A stretch of DNA of 64,000 nt. Source: Eledone cirrhosa (taxonomy: Eukaryota). Below the pieces are notes generated by a model that did no database searches, was not told the origin of the DNA, and was given only the letters and a program-made list of their open reading frames with translations. Of this stretch, positions 24,877 to 36,739 are shown piece by piece (the stretch's first letter is position 1; the number at the start of each line of letters is the position of its first letter). The translations under genes were made by a program, and so were the position numbers. The stretch is from contig OZ024743.1 in the NCBI GenBank assembly GCA_964016885.1, positions 337,156,001 through 337,220,000 of the forward strand, given 5' to 3'.

Positions 24877-26519
24877 GTCGTACTTGCAGTTTATTCACTT
24901 TCTCTCTCTCACACTCTTGCTCTTACTTATCTTCCCACTCTCACTCATTCTCTTACTCTCCCATTCATCCTTTCTCCCTCATCTCACTCATTTTCTCCCT
25001 CTCATATTTATTCATCCTTTCACTCACATACATCTTTCACTCTCACTCATTCTCTCACTCACATTTATTAATCTGTTCACTCTTACTCATCCTTTCACTC
25101 ACATTCATCCTTCACTCTCACATTCATCTTTCACTCTCACTCATTCTCTCACTCACATTTATTAATCTGTTCCCTCTTACTCATCCTTTCACTCACATTC
25201 ATCCTTCACTCTCACTAATCCTTTCTCTCACTCTTCACCCTCTTATTTATTTATACACCTCTCTCACTCAGCCTTTCACTCTCATTTATTGGAATAGATT
25301 AGTTAGAATGCTGGACAGAAATGTCCTGTGATATTTATTACTACTTTATGGTTTGAGTAGTAACCTTACTGAAATCAACTTTGCCTTTGATCATTTTAGG
25401 TCCCATAGAATATACTAGCAATGGATTGACAGGATAGTTAGGTGAAATGCTTTGTGGTACTTGTTCTGGAAAAAATAAATGGTTTTAAGTGCAGTTTCTC
25501 TCTCTGACCAAGACGCCCCCAAAAAATATAATAAAAAAAGCTAGACGCCTACACAAAATCATCATCATCATCATCTTTACGTCCATTTCTCCATGCTTGC
25601 AAGGGTTGGATGGGTCTTTCTCAGCATAGTATCTCTCCACTTGTCGCGATCCTTTGTCATTTCCTCTGTGAGTCACAGTGATTTGAGGTCTGCCCAGGTT
25701 TTTCTTGGTGTACGTCTACTGCCAGTTATTATGCGGTAATACCCATGTAAAAGGTATGGACAGTAGACATTGCTTTTAATCCTTTTGAGGTTGATAAAAT
25801 ATTGTGCCAATTCAGAGCTGTATGCTGGCAGAATAGTTAAAACATTAGATGAGATGCTTTGATTTATTTGTTCTGGAAATAAATACAGGATTTTAAGTGC
25901 AGGTCTTTTCTCTGACCAAGACACCTAAAAAGAAATTTTTTAAAAACCCAGAAGTCTACAAGAAAATCACTGGAATGCCCATGTAACAGGTATGGTAAGC
26001 ACAGCACACATTTTCATTTTACTTTCTTCTTCCTTAAAGCCCCAGTGTTTCATTTATCATGATCATCACAGTTTAATGACTATTTTCCATGTTTGCATTG
26101 GTTAGATGGGCTGTTATATTATGAGGCTAGATAAATTAGGTAACCACATCTTCCTTATATACTTTATTTTTTGGCTTGGTTTTCTGCAGCTGGATGCCCT
26201 CCCTAATGCCAACCACTTTAGAAAATTATTATTTTACATTAACTTTTTCATGACTGCATTTCTAATGAAATACACTCTGTTTCAATTAATTTATGTAGAC
26301 TTTTGAGGGATTTATCAAAATTATTAGTTATTTCTTTACTAAGATAGTAACTTAATGTAAGGTTCTTACATAATTTTATGTTGAAATGTTTTAATATAAA
26401 TTGAAAACCTTTAAAATTAGTGACTTTATTTCATAGAATCAGAGCCGGTTTTGGCTGGATTGGTAATAAAAGGGTTAAATATAATCTAGATTTTCTTGTT
26501 TCATTTTAATTTTCTTCAG

Positions 26520-27284
26520 CAGGCCACTGATGGTTGTCCATTTGTGAGCTTCGATGAACAACACCTGAAGAAGTTACTGAAAGATGTGTCATCTGATATC
26601 CAGGATGACATCAGCAAGTTGGTTCATAAGAAACTCTACAGTATTGCTTGCAGAACTTATTTCAATGCCAAATTTGAAAAATTTATTCCAGAGGATTGTT
26701 CTATAGAGCAAATAAAAAAACCGAAAGTGGAGAAAGGTGAAAATAACAAAGGTGATGTTTTGAATTCTTGCAGAGAAAAACATTTGCTTTCACATAGAAT
26801 GATTTATTCTAAAGATAAAGAAGATGAAAAAAACAACAATGTCAGACTCTTTAATGAAACTGTAAATCCTTTGTCAGAGGAATCACCTAATTCAAGATCA
26901 ATATTATCAAATAGTTCATCACAAGACTCAAAACTTATCAGGACTAATTTAAATGATATCAATCAATCACACACACACATTAATCATCTATCTTTGCACT
27001 CTTCTTATAAGGATATTGTAAACTTGACAACAAATTGTGTATCATCTAACATACAACAATGTAAAGATAGCAAGATATCCAATATCTGTAAACTGCAACC
27101 AACAACTCTCTACCATGAACAAGGTTTATCACAGAACCAATGGTCTGATGTGGCTAAACAAGACACATCTTCAGCTAAATCAACTGATCACAGTGAAAAT
27201 GTAGGATATCATATTAATTTCAAACCAGTTCATTTTTATGAACAATGTAAATGTAATCTGGCAGCAAAAGGGCAGAATTGTTAG
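26520..27284 (+). CDS. Terminal exon of the PRIM2-like gene (GCPF and ACxxYF motifs + long Ser/Asn-rich tail)
   Basis: TTTCTTCAG|CAG (NAGNAG) acceptor, phase 0. QATDGCPFVSFD...LYSIACRTYF matches PRIM2 HGCPF...YQxACxxYF (third and fourth Cys). The frame is open to TAG at 27282-27284. Confidence 0.82.
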   Translation, partial: QATDGCPFVSFDEQHLKKLLKDVSSDIQDDISKLVHKKLYSIACRTYFNAKFEKFIPEDCSIEQIKKPKVEKGENNKGDVLNSCREKHLLSHRMIYSKDKEDEKNNNVRLFNETVNPLSEESPNSRSILSNSSSQDSKLIRTNLNDINQSHTHINHLSLHSSYKDIVNLTTNCVSSNIQQCKDSKISNICKLQPTTLYHEQGLSQNQWSDVAKQDTSSAKSTDHSENVGYHINFKPVHFYEQCKCNLAAKGQNC

Positions 27285-27640
27285 AACATCAGATAGAATG
27301 CTTTACAGGATTTGTCCTGCTCTCTGCGCTCTGAGTTCATATCCTGCTGAGGTCAACTTTGTCTTTCATCTTTTCAAGATCGATAAAAAACAATTCCTGA
27401 TCAGTAGTGGGTCCAATTCTTCCTCTATATCTCTTTCTCACTTCCAATTTCTTATTCTCTATCCTTCTCTGGAAGAAATCAGCTGTGTTCAGACATGGAG
27501 AGGGATAGGCTCTGCCATGTTTTAAGTGCCTATGATAAGCCGTATGTCACTACAACACTCTTACATATCTATCAGGAGCTACAAGTTCATACATACAAAT
27601 GTAATTCAGAAAAGCTGGAATTTCAACAAGGACCTAGCTA
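27259..27640 (+). mobile_element. tRNA-derived SINE overlapping the PRIM2-like stop codon and 3' UTR
   Basis: Homologous to copies at 41217-41560 (+) and 44935-45175 (-): GGCAGC...GCAGA...GAAC..ATAGAATGCTTT...GAGGTCAACTTTG...TTCAGAC. Confidence 0.7.
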
Positions 27641-27761
27641 AAATAAGTTTTTTTTAAAAATATATATTGGAGCAAGTTTCATCATCATCATCATCCTTTT
27701 ACGTCCATTTTCCACACTAACATGGTTAGACAAGTTGTCCTGTTGTGGCCAATACTAGTCT

Positions 27762-29665
27762 TAATAATAATAATTTCTTTATTAACCACAAGAGTTTACA
27801 CAAAGTAAAACATTAAGGACAATACAGGACGGTACAAATGGGCATTTCTGCGTGTAAAAAATGAAAACAGGATGTAACAAAAAAAAAGAAACAATGAAAT
27901 ATTCCCCAATAGGGGGGAGACTTCCAAGGGGACTTTCGTGGAGAAAGCCCATTAAACAATCCACAGTGACCTTCACCACCAGAGCAAGTGCCCTCTCCCA
28001 GTTTTCCACCTTCGATTTACAGGCGCATACTCAGAGACTCAGGTCATTCTTGCCTCTCTCACCCATCTTTCAACAAAATGCTGGGAACAGAGTATTTCCC
28101 ACTCTACCCTGATTTTCCTTTTCAAATGAAATTTGAAAAAGTTAATCAGGGCATCACCGAAGAGGTAAGTACTTGTCTTCAGCCCTTTCAAACATGTCCT
28201 CCACACTATCTCTTTCGCCATGGCCACCAGACAGATAACAACTGCCTGCCTTTCCCGGCTAAAGGAAGAGGGCGGGGCAATCTTCACGAAGGACTCAGCT
28301 GATAAACGAATCCGTCCTACACGCGACAGCAGGTGTTCAACATAAACCCACAAGTCAGCAATGCTCGGACACTGGACGAGTGTGTGTAGGACAGTTTTGT
28401 CGTCCTGCGCGCATCTCGGACATGCCCGGTTGACGGCACTTCCATGCCTGTAGAGTTTATCCCGAACTGGCAAAGCTCCTCGGTAGCACTGCCAGGCCAG
28501 GGATTTCTGGAAGTTGTCCATAGGCCCCGGCCCGAAAATTCTCCCAAACAGATTGGCTAGTTGATTTTCGTTGAAGCCCAGAGTCTCCCCAAGTACGTCG
28601 TCTCTCTTCCCCTCCACAAATCCTCTTTTGAACACCGAGGTGGAGTTTACACTGATTGCATTGCCCGACTTGTCGAGGGCTGTGAGATCCTGAAGACATT
28701 CTTGTCTCCAAACGCTCCCTCTTGGTCTTCGCTTGACCCAGGACTGCAGCTCCGTCAAGGAGACGAGCTGGGAAAACAGGCATCTAGCAAACAGCGACCA
28801 CACCTGATCACCGTCGAGGAAGAGGTAGAGATGTCGTAGCCTGAGTGCGTGTCTGCGCATCATCAACCATGGCATGCCCAGCCCTCCACGTAGCAGGTGT
28901 TGACAGCAGATGGACCGCCTGATCATCGGCGCACGTTCCTTCCATAAAAAGCAAAAGAGCAAACGTTTCAGCGCAGTCAGACGAGGCTTAGGACAAGGCA
29001 CAATGGTCAGGCGATAGTAGATGATGTACGCATTCGCCACCTCCGCTCGACCTTTCAGGGATAGCTTCCTCTCTGACCATTGCTGGGTGAGAGAAGCCAC
29101 CCTGCTCGTCACCTCATCCCAGTTTTTGCCCGTCTGTAGCTCTGGACCGAACCAGACCCCTAGCAATTTAACCTGTCCGTCCGTCCAGCGCCCGACGACG
29201 CTGTTGGACGGCATGGACCTGCCTCTCCAGGTGCCGAGCTGCAGGCCCACCGACTTTTCCTGGTTGATCATTGCTCCTGTCACCACCTTGTATTCTCTTA
29301 GTGTAGTGCCGCTCGCCTCGATGTGTTTGACGTTCAACACCACTACGGTGGCATCGTCTGCATATGCTGACACGGATCTTTCGCATCCCAGTTTACGCGG
29401 ACTCTCCTCAACGTCTCCAGTTTGGCAGTAATGGCTCGAGAGTCAATACGTACAACAGGGACGAGAGGGGACATCCTTGGCGGACCAAGCGCATGATGTT
29501 GAACGGTTCCTAAAGGTGACTGTTCACTCTCACCACAGCGCAGATGTCACTATGCATGACAGTAATCCAGCCTCTGAAGATGGGCCCAAAGCCAGCCGCC
29601 AGATAACGATGGTCGACCCTATTGAAAGCTTTCAACTAATCTAAATTGATCAAGGACCCACCCGA
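27762..29665 (-). mobile_element. L1/Tx1-clade LINE, 3' part of ORF2 + 3' UTR
   Basis: ORF 28039-29373 has YADD, KLLGVWFG, LSLKGRA, GGLGMP and a C-terminal CPRC-x8-H-x4-C zinc motif. The minus strand ends AATAAAGAAA(TTA)n. Confidence 0.88.
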
Positions 29666-29858
29666 GTAAGGTCATGTTGAAAAGGATTGGAAAAAGATGG
29701 GAAAGACCACTTACCTCACTTCTTGTGGGAGAAGGATGGTTTTTCCATCCTTCTCACTGTTTGTGACCCTTCCTATCTTGATAAATCCTCCTGGAGAGTG
29801 TTTGTCGGAAGTCTCCAATGTCCTTAGGGAATTTTAATTTTAGTGTCGTGGACGTTTT

Positions 29859-31800
29859 CTATGTGATGCGAGTGATTTGTATGTATTGGGATGGTGTGAA
29901 TTTTTGGGGTGTTGTATAGTCTTTTTCTGTGATGCTGGTGTTGTGTTGGATGTAGTGTAATAATTGGTTGTTGTTCAAATTTAATGCTGTGTAGTGTGTA
30001 TCATTTTGGTTGCTTTGTTTTGTTTGCATTTGTTGTGGGTTTGTTTCTATTTCGCTTATTGGTGATGGTAGTGTTGGGGTTAATGATGGTGATGGTGTTG
30101 GTGTTTGTGGTGATGCTGGTGTGTGTGGTGACATAGCTGTCTTAACTTCTTTGTTAGTTTGTTTTTGGAAGGTGAAGGAAAAGGATTTTTTCTTTTCTGG
30201 TTTCTTTTTTTCAGGTGCTGGTGCTAATTTTGGCGCGGTGGGTGGTGGTGGTGTTGGTTTTGCTACTGTTACTGCTACAGTTGCTGGGGTTGTTGCCGCC
30301 ATTTCTGCTGCTGGTTTTGATGGTTGAGTCACTGGGGTGGGTAGGAGAGGTGGGCTCAACTTTTTAGCCTGAGGGCAGAAAGCCTTTAAGTGGGTTCCTT
30401 CGCCACAAACGACACACATAGGCCTTCTACCCTCAACGATTACGGTGAGGTGGCTGCCATCATTGAGGTCTATCACCTCTGGAATTTCCAGTATGTTTTT
30501 TTGGTCCACTTGGATCAGGAGTTCCATCCCAGATCCGGACCAGTTCTCCTGCTTTACTTTTATTACCTCAATTACTTTAGTGTCGGCGGAAGCTGGGTAA
30601 CCCTGATCCTTACCAGCCTCTGACCACAATAGCTTGGGACGAGTGTGAACTTGTCACTTTTTAATGGGGCCATGTAGTGCTCTCTGGCTTCCTGTGGGGT
30701 TCCAAAGAACACGTCCATGGTTCCATATATGTGTTTTGAGCCCACACATGACCCAAAGCTTTTTGTATCTGGGACTTGGATACCCATTCCACTCGCCGCA
30801 TTTTAATATTTATCGTCCGATATGACACGGTGCATAGGCGCCGATGCTCCATGGTATAAGCTGGGGGGAGGGTGACCCTTCGGATTCCGTGGCGTCTGGG
30901 AGGGGTATGAGCTCCACTACTGGTGGATTTTTCCACCAGTGTAACTACTGCGACTGATGGTGTTGCCGCTGCTTTAGTTGTCCGTGGCCTTGGTATGGGT
31001 GCCACGGACGTTGCCCTCTTACTCACCATGGAAGGGTCTTCTGCCTCTGTTGACTGCCCTGCTCTTGGTAGCGTCGGAAGGAGGGGGGGGGGGGGCTGTT
31101 CTTGGCTGTTTTTTGCGGGCATTAGGCCCTGAGGTGACCCTTCAGCCCACAGAGATAGCACTTTGGGTGTCTTCCTTTCACGCTTATATGGAGTTGGAGT
31201 CCTTCTTCGAGGTCTATGATGTCTGGGATGGCCTTGATGCACTCCTGGTCAGTCTGTATTACCATTTGCATGCCTATTCCTGACCAGTTCTCTGTATTTG
31301 CAGTGTGGTGGTTTTCTCCTCGATTCCAGCCAGTGCAGACGCGGCCAGCCAAGGTATGGGCACGTCGGGCGGGACTTGGGTCACTTTGACCCTTACAATT
31401 TTCTGCCCGCAGTAGGAGGGCACCAAGACTATCTTCTCACTCTAGGGTTTCCAAAGAGTGAGACTTCGACTCTTGTGGGGTGGTGAAATGTATGTCTACT
31501 GTGACGTACTTTTTGTGTCGATTGATGTGGGTTATGTGCGCCCAGACGCACCCCAAGGGTTTTGGGATTTGAGCCTCTGTGGCTCTCTCCACCCGATGTG
31601 ACATTTTGCTTACAGTGCGGTAAGTCACTGTGCGCAGCTGCTGGGCTTTGAAGAAATCGGGTGGAGGTTTCAGGGAAACTCTATTGTCGTTTCTTGACAC
31701 CATGGCTCTTGCGACTGCCATCTCCTCCTCCGTGACTAGCACTGACTCTATATTTCGGGCCACACCTGCGAAAGAAGTGGCCCCTTTTTCAGCGGCACCA
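29859..31800 (-). pseudogene. Tx1/L1-type ORF1 (gag-like) remnant with a tandemly duplicated zinc-knuckle module
   Basis: Two homologous modules: LRTVTYRT..RVE..QIxKxLGxVWA..TPQE..ENWSG.GM..IPxxIDLxxG..GRxPxCxxCGxxxHLxAxC. They are broken by frameshifts and each is followed by a Pro/Thr-rich linker. Confidence 0.65.
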
Positions 31801-31944
31801 TTATTACTGTTGCTACTGGTCTTGTTGTTGGTGCCGTGTAAAAAAGGTTATAACAAGAAGATAGAAATATCAAAAAAATTCAAACAACAAAAATTCCCCC
31901 AAAAGGCGCCTGGGGATTACCCTCTGTAGCGCTAGACTTGCCTG

Positions 31945-32215
31945 TGGGAGACGCACGAGTTCATTCCCTTTGATGTTGCAGTGCCCCGGGACCCACACAG
32001 CTGCTAAGGTTCTCCCCTTTGTAATTTTGTTAGCGATCCCTTGCAGCTCGGCAATCAAAGTGTCATGGGGGAAGGGGTTGTTGACTGCTTGAACCAGCGA
32101 CTTGCAGCCACAGATGACATTGGAGGACTCCCAGCTAGTGTCTGCCTATAACCATAGGAGGGCTTGTTTGAATGCAATTCTTTCGGAATGAAAGGAACTG
32201 CTACGAGCGTCCATA
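31945..32215 (-). pseudogene. RNase H fragment of a non-LTR retrotransposon
   Basis: AVWVPGHCNIKGNE matches the RNase HI motif WVPGHxGIxGNE; upstream SSSFHSERIAFKQAL resembles the E-motif helix. Confidence 0.6.
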
Positions 32216-32377
32216 AAGGGGTGCCGTATTATTTACTAGTGAACCCCTGTATTAGGTAGGTCACTTCTTCTAAACTTTTATCAAGTTTAAAACTTGAATA
32301 AAAGGTTAAGAACGGTTGAAAACGAGGTAAACTGTTGAAAAGAAACTGGAGCCGATAAGAAGTGTGGCTTCACCTTC

Positions 32378-34830
32378 AATAATAACAATAATAATGGTTT
32401 CTTTATTTAAAAATTCCCCAAAAAGGGGGAAACCTCTGAGGGTCACTAGTGGCGAAAACCACACAAAAGACCACGGTCACTCAGACCACCAGGGCAAGTG
32501 GCCGCTCTCAGTTTTCCCACTCTTCAGTCTACAGGCGGTAGCAGATGACGGACGCGATGTATGCATTCGCCACCCCCGCCCGACCTTTCAGAGACAGCCT
32601 CCTCTCGGCCCATTTCTGAGTGAGAGAGGCCACCCTGCTCGTCACCTCGCTCCAGTTTTTCTCCATCTGGAGGTCTGGACCGAGCCAGACCCCGAGCAAT
32701 TTAACCGGTCCTTCCATCCAGCACTCCACGACGCTGTCGGACAGCATGGACTTGCTTCTCCAGGTGACGAGTTGCAGGCCCACCGACTTTTCCTGGTTGA
32801 TCATTGCTCCTGTCACCACCTTGTATTCTCTTAGTGTAGTGCCGAGCATCTGGACGTGTTTGGTGCTCAACACCACCACGGTGTCATCATCGGCATAAGC
32901 CGACATGGATGTCCCGCATCCCAGTTCGCGTGGGACACCCCTCATCGTCTCCAATTTGTGCAGTAACGGCTCGAGGGACGAGAGGGGACAACCCTGGTGG
33001 ACCGAGCGCATGATGCTGAATGGTTGCGGCAGGTGACCATTCACCGTCACAATCGAGCAGATGTGAGCTGTGCATTGCAGCGATCCAGCCCCTAAAAGCG
33101 GGCCCGAAGCAGGCCGCCTCAAAGACAACAGCCAGGTACCAATGGTCGACCCTATCAAATGCTTTAGATTGATCCAAGTTGATCAGGGCCCTACCTGTGC
33201 CAGGTTGCTAACCACCCTCTCTATGATGTATGAGTTGGAGATTGTCGTGGATGGATCTGTCCGGAATGGCGCATGTCTGCGCCTCTCCCACCAGATCACA
33301 CCGACGACAAACGCCGATCTCTTTGCTCACACCTTGGCCAAAATTTTAAACTCTGCATTTAGCAGAGTTATGGGCCTGAAGTTGTCTATAACGTCCCCCT
33401 TGCTCAGGTCTTTTCTCAACAGCGCCACCACTCCCCGGCTTACAAAACTAGGAATGCTCCCATTCTGCTGCCAGTTGCAGTAGACATCTGCCAAGAGGTC
33501 GCTGAACAAGTCTGGCATATACGCATAAAGCTCGTAGGGCAGACCATCCAGACCTGGCGATTTACCCCTCGTGCAGTCAGACATCACTTCTCATATTTCA
33601 CCTGCTGGCATATACGCATAAAGCTTGTGCAGTCAGACATCGCTTCTCGTATTTCACCTGCTGTTATCGGCCTTTCACAGCGCTGCGGTCGTTGAGAGCT
33701 ACACCGCAGTTCACACTCCGATCTGGCCCACCGCTGCTCCCGAGCAATTGAGGAAAATGTTGTTGAAAAGCCGCACACATCTGCTCGGTTTGAAGCAACA
33801 TGCGGCAGTTTTGATCAGGCAAAGACCGAATTGTTGCCACGTCGCGCCACCACCATCTGGGCCCATTGAACGGCTTTCGTCCCCTCATGTCTTAGAGTAC
33901 GTGCTCTAGCTCTGACAACGCAGCCTTCATGCTTTGCGGTGAAGAATTGGTCGAGTGCCAATCTTGCCGCAAGCACGTCGGTTGCGATGCCTGTCCTAAA
34001 CGCCTCTTCTAGCTTTCTAACTAACTCTTCCTCTACTCTATTTTCCTCTATCACTACTCCTTTGCTAAACCTTATCGATTCTACTCTAATAGCCCTTTTC
34101 AGGGTAAACCACCACTTATTGTTGACGATCGCACTCGTCAACGCACGCTTAACTAATTCACTAATCCAGTCTCTGTAAGCTTTGCACGCTGGGAAAGACG
34201 CGTTCAGCTTCCAGTAACCGGGCCCTTGCCTATGGAGTCTATCTAAGTCAACTTCACAGGTCACAAATTTGTGGTCCGTGTAGTCGACTACTTTAAATTG
34301 TGGACAACCTACACTAGCCTTATCTGTTTCCCTACAGAATACCCTATCCATATATGATGCGGTTTGCCCATGACCACATTGGCACATTCGGATAATCCAG
34401 TCTAGACCTGTCACACACTTGAAACGTCTGAGCAGGTTGGTGAGGCTTTTACACCCTCCTCCCCTGTCCACTAGCCCCACATAATCCCAGCGGCATCTAA
34501 GGTACCGTTCCAGTTGCCCACTAACACTAAAGAGCGGGACGTTCCAAGAAAGGTCTCTAGACGTCTGAAGAAATCTGGCCGTCATGCCCCTGTTGTTGGT
34601 GTAGACGGCTACTAGCCTGAAGGCATTGCCTTCGCTGCCGGTCACGTCCAGCACCACCGACTTACCTTCTGGGTCCAGGAAGATGGCCCATATGGCGAGA
34701 TCCAAGCCTCTCCGAAAAAGCACAGCAACTCCTCCCCCCAATCCTGGACGGCTGGGAGATGCGTATACATCATAGCTGCTGAAGATTGGTCTGTGTTTTT
34801 CCTGCTTACATAGCACCGGTGCTGCACATG
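32378..34830 (-). mobile_element. Second Tx1/L1 copy (EN + RT) with internal deletion
   Basis: GGGVAVLF, LVAVY, YMDRV, YTDHK, GPGYWKLN, KSPGLDGLPYE, FRPITLLNAEFKIL, DQSKAFDRVDH, YADD. The 3' UTR is homologous to 27780-28025. Confidence 0.85.
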
Positions 34831-34834
34831 CTGT

Positions 34835-36300
34835 CTATATTGAGTTCAGGATGTTCTGGAGTACAGTGTTGACATCTCTAGAGTCGTAAAACTCAAGCCA
34901 GTTTGGATATTGCAGATCGGTGCAGTAACAGTTCCAGTCTGCTTTATTCCAGTCAAAGTGAGCAGTTTGGAGATGGTTGTGGTTTTTCTTGCTGCCCATG
35001 AGGGACAGATTGGCAATGATCATAGCATGATCAGAGTCACCTAAAGGTTCCTCAGTAGTAACACTAATAACCGTTTCGGGCATAGTGGTGAAGAGTAGGT
35101 CCAAAGTGTTGTCACCTCTTGTTGGGGGAGGTGACTACTTGGGACCAGTTCGAGTCCAGCACTAGCTCAAGGAAATCATTTGCACTTTGCGGCCAACAAA
35201 AGGTTTTCCAGTCAATCTCAGCGTGATTGAAGTCCCCTGCAATAAAAACATAAGTGGCTGTTTTCCTGGCAGCAACTCTGAGGATATCACAAAGTTGAGT
35301 GTCTTGATGGTAATTTAGAGGACGGTAAATGGCTCCAAGTAGCAGTGTTGACATGGTCATACGTATATCGCAGAAAAATACTTCTTGCTGCGATTGGTTC
35401 AAATCAACACAAGGAATTGCTGAAAAATTGACCGAACGTAGAGCATTAGATCACCACCACAATTAATGCGGTCTTTACAAAACAAGTTGTAGCCAGTTAT
35501 GCTGAAAACCCCATCACAGAGTAAGGAATATGCCCATGTTTCTGTGACTGTAATGAAGTCAGGATCGATACTTTTGACGTAGGAGTCAAAAAGATGTATC
35601 TTATTGCATAGACTATGTGCATTTAAGGACAACAATTTGTACCTTGATTCCAGTCTATGATTATGTGCAGGGGATGGCAGGTTGTTCTGATTTAGTTTCC
35701 CAGTGTTTTCAGACAAGCTGGTATTTCTTTTCCATGTTTCACCAGCCTTAATAAACTTCCATATCTGCCCATCATCACGTAGGCTGAAGCTTTCATGTTG
35801 TGCCGCGTTGCGGTTTAAGGAAACTGAAGTATGCAGTTTTGGGTGGACATCAGGTGGAAGACCAGGGCGTGTTCGGAAGGCAATCCGACTTTTACGCCTA
35901 GCTTTATCAGAGGCCAAAAAATATGAACGTGCCTCAGTTGAGTTTGAAAAAGACAGTCTAATTAGCATGGTCGGCCAAGGCGTAGAGCACTCTTCGGGGA
36001 GCACAGCCCGAGTCTTTGGATGAACTGGCAGAAAATGTCTGAAGATCAATTATGTCTTCTGGTACACCAATGGCAATCACTTCGTGGTTTACAGATTCCG
36101 TGGCATTCTCAATGCGTCTAGATTCGGCAAGAGGTACGTGGAGATTTTTTAACAAGGCACTCCGGTAAGATCCCTCATTGTGAGGTTCTACACGCCCAGT
36201 TTTATCACACACTTCATCCATGGATCTCACAATAGCTATTTTGTCCTGTCTGTCCATCGTACAGTAGAACAAAATGTAAATGTAAACAAACAAATACGAT
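34835..36300 (-). mobile_element. CR1/L2-clade LINE 5' part (ORF1 remnant + APE endonuclease)
   Basis: LSLNAHSLCNK, ITVTETW, GAIYRP, AGDFNHAEIDW, LDLLFT, LGDSDH across frameshifted ORFs 35399-36049, 35112-35402 and 34835-35104. Confidence 0.75.
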
Positions 36301-36739
36301 GCATAAGTTTAGCACATTTGTTACCAAGATAAATACAATGTTTGTTTATGTTTGGTTTTTGTATTTCTGTTTGTTTTCCTATGTATTGTGTGTGTGTATG
36401 CAAAAAATCTGCACACAAATATATAATTAAAAGGTCTATGTGGGTTAGAAGCGAAGTCAATGTTCAGAATGGTTTTATAATGTACGTAAGATTGGCTGGT
36501 ATAGTGTCTCACACAAAATTTTGTTGGCGAAAATCAAATATATTTTGTTATATAATTTTATGTTGAAGCTGATACTAATAGTCAGGGAACAGTCAAAGTA
36601 TTTGTAATAATGAATATTGTAATCCATCTGACATGTGTTAAAAGGGCAGTTTTTGGTGATAATATATTTAGTTTGGGAAGACGTGGTCAAACGTCCTTCC
36701 TTGTCGCCATCACCAGGAGTTCATACAAAACTAATTTTG

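Noticed and set aside
24706-25071. 121-aa standalone ORF
   Set aside because: Only the part up to the donor at 24876 is PRIM2-like; the rest is read-through into a CT-rich intron.
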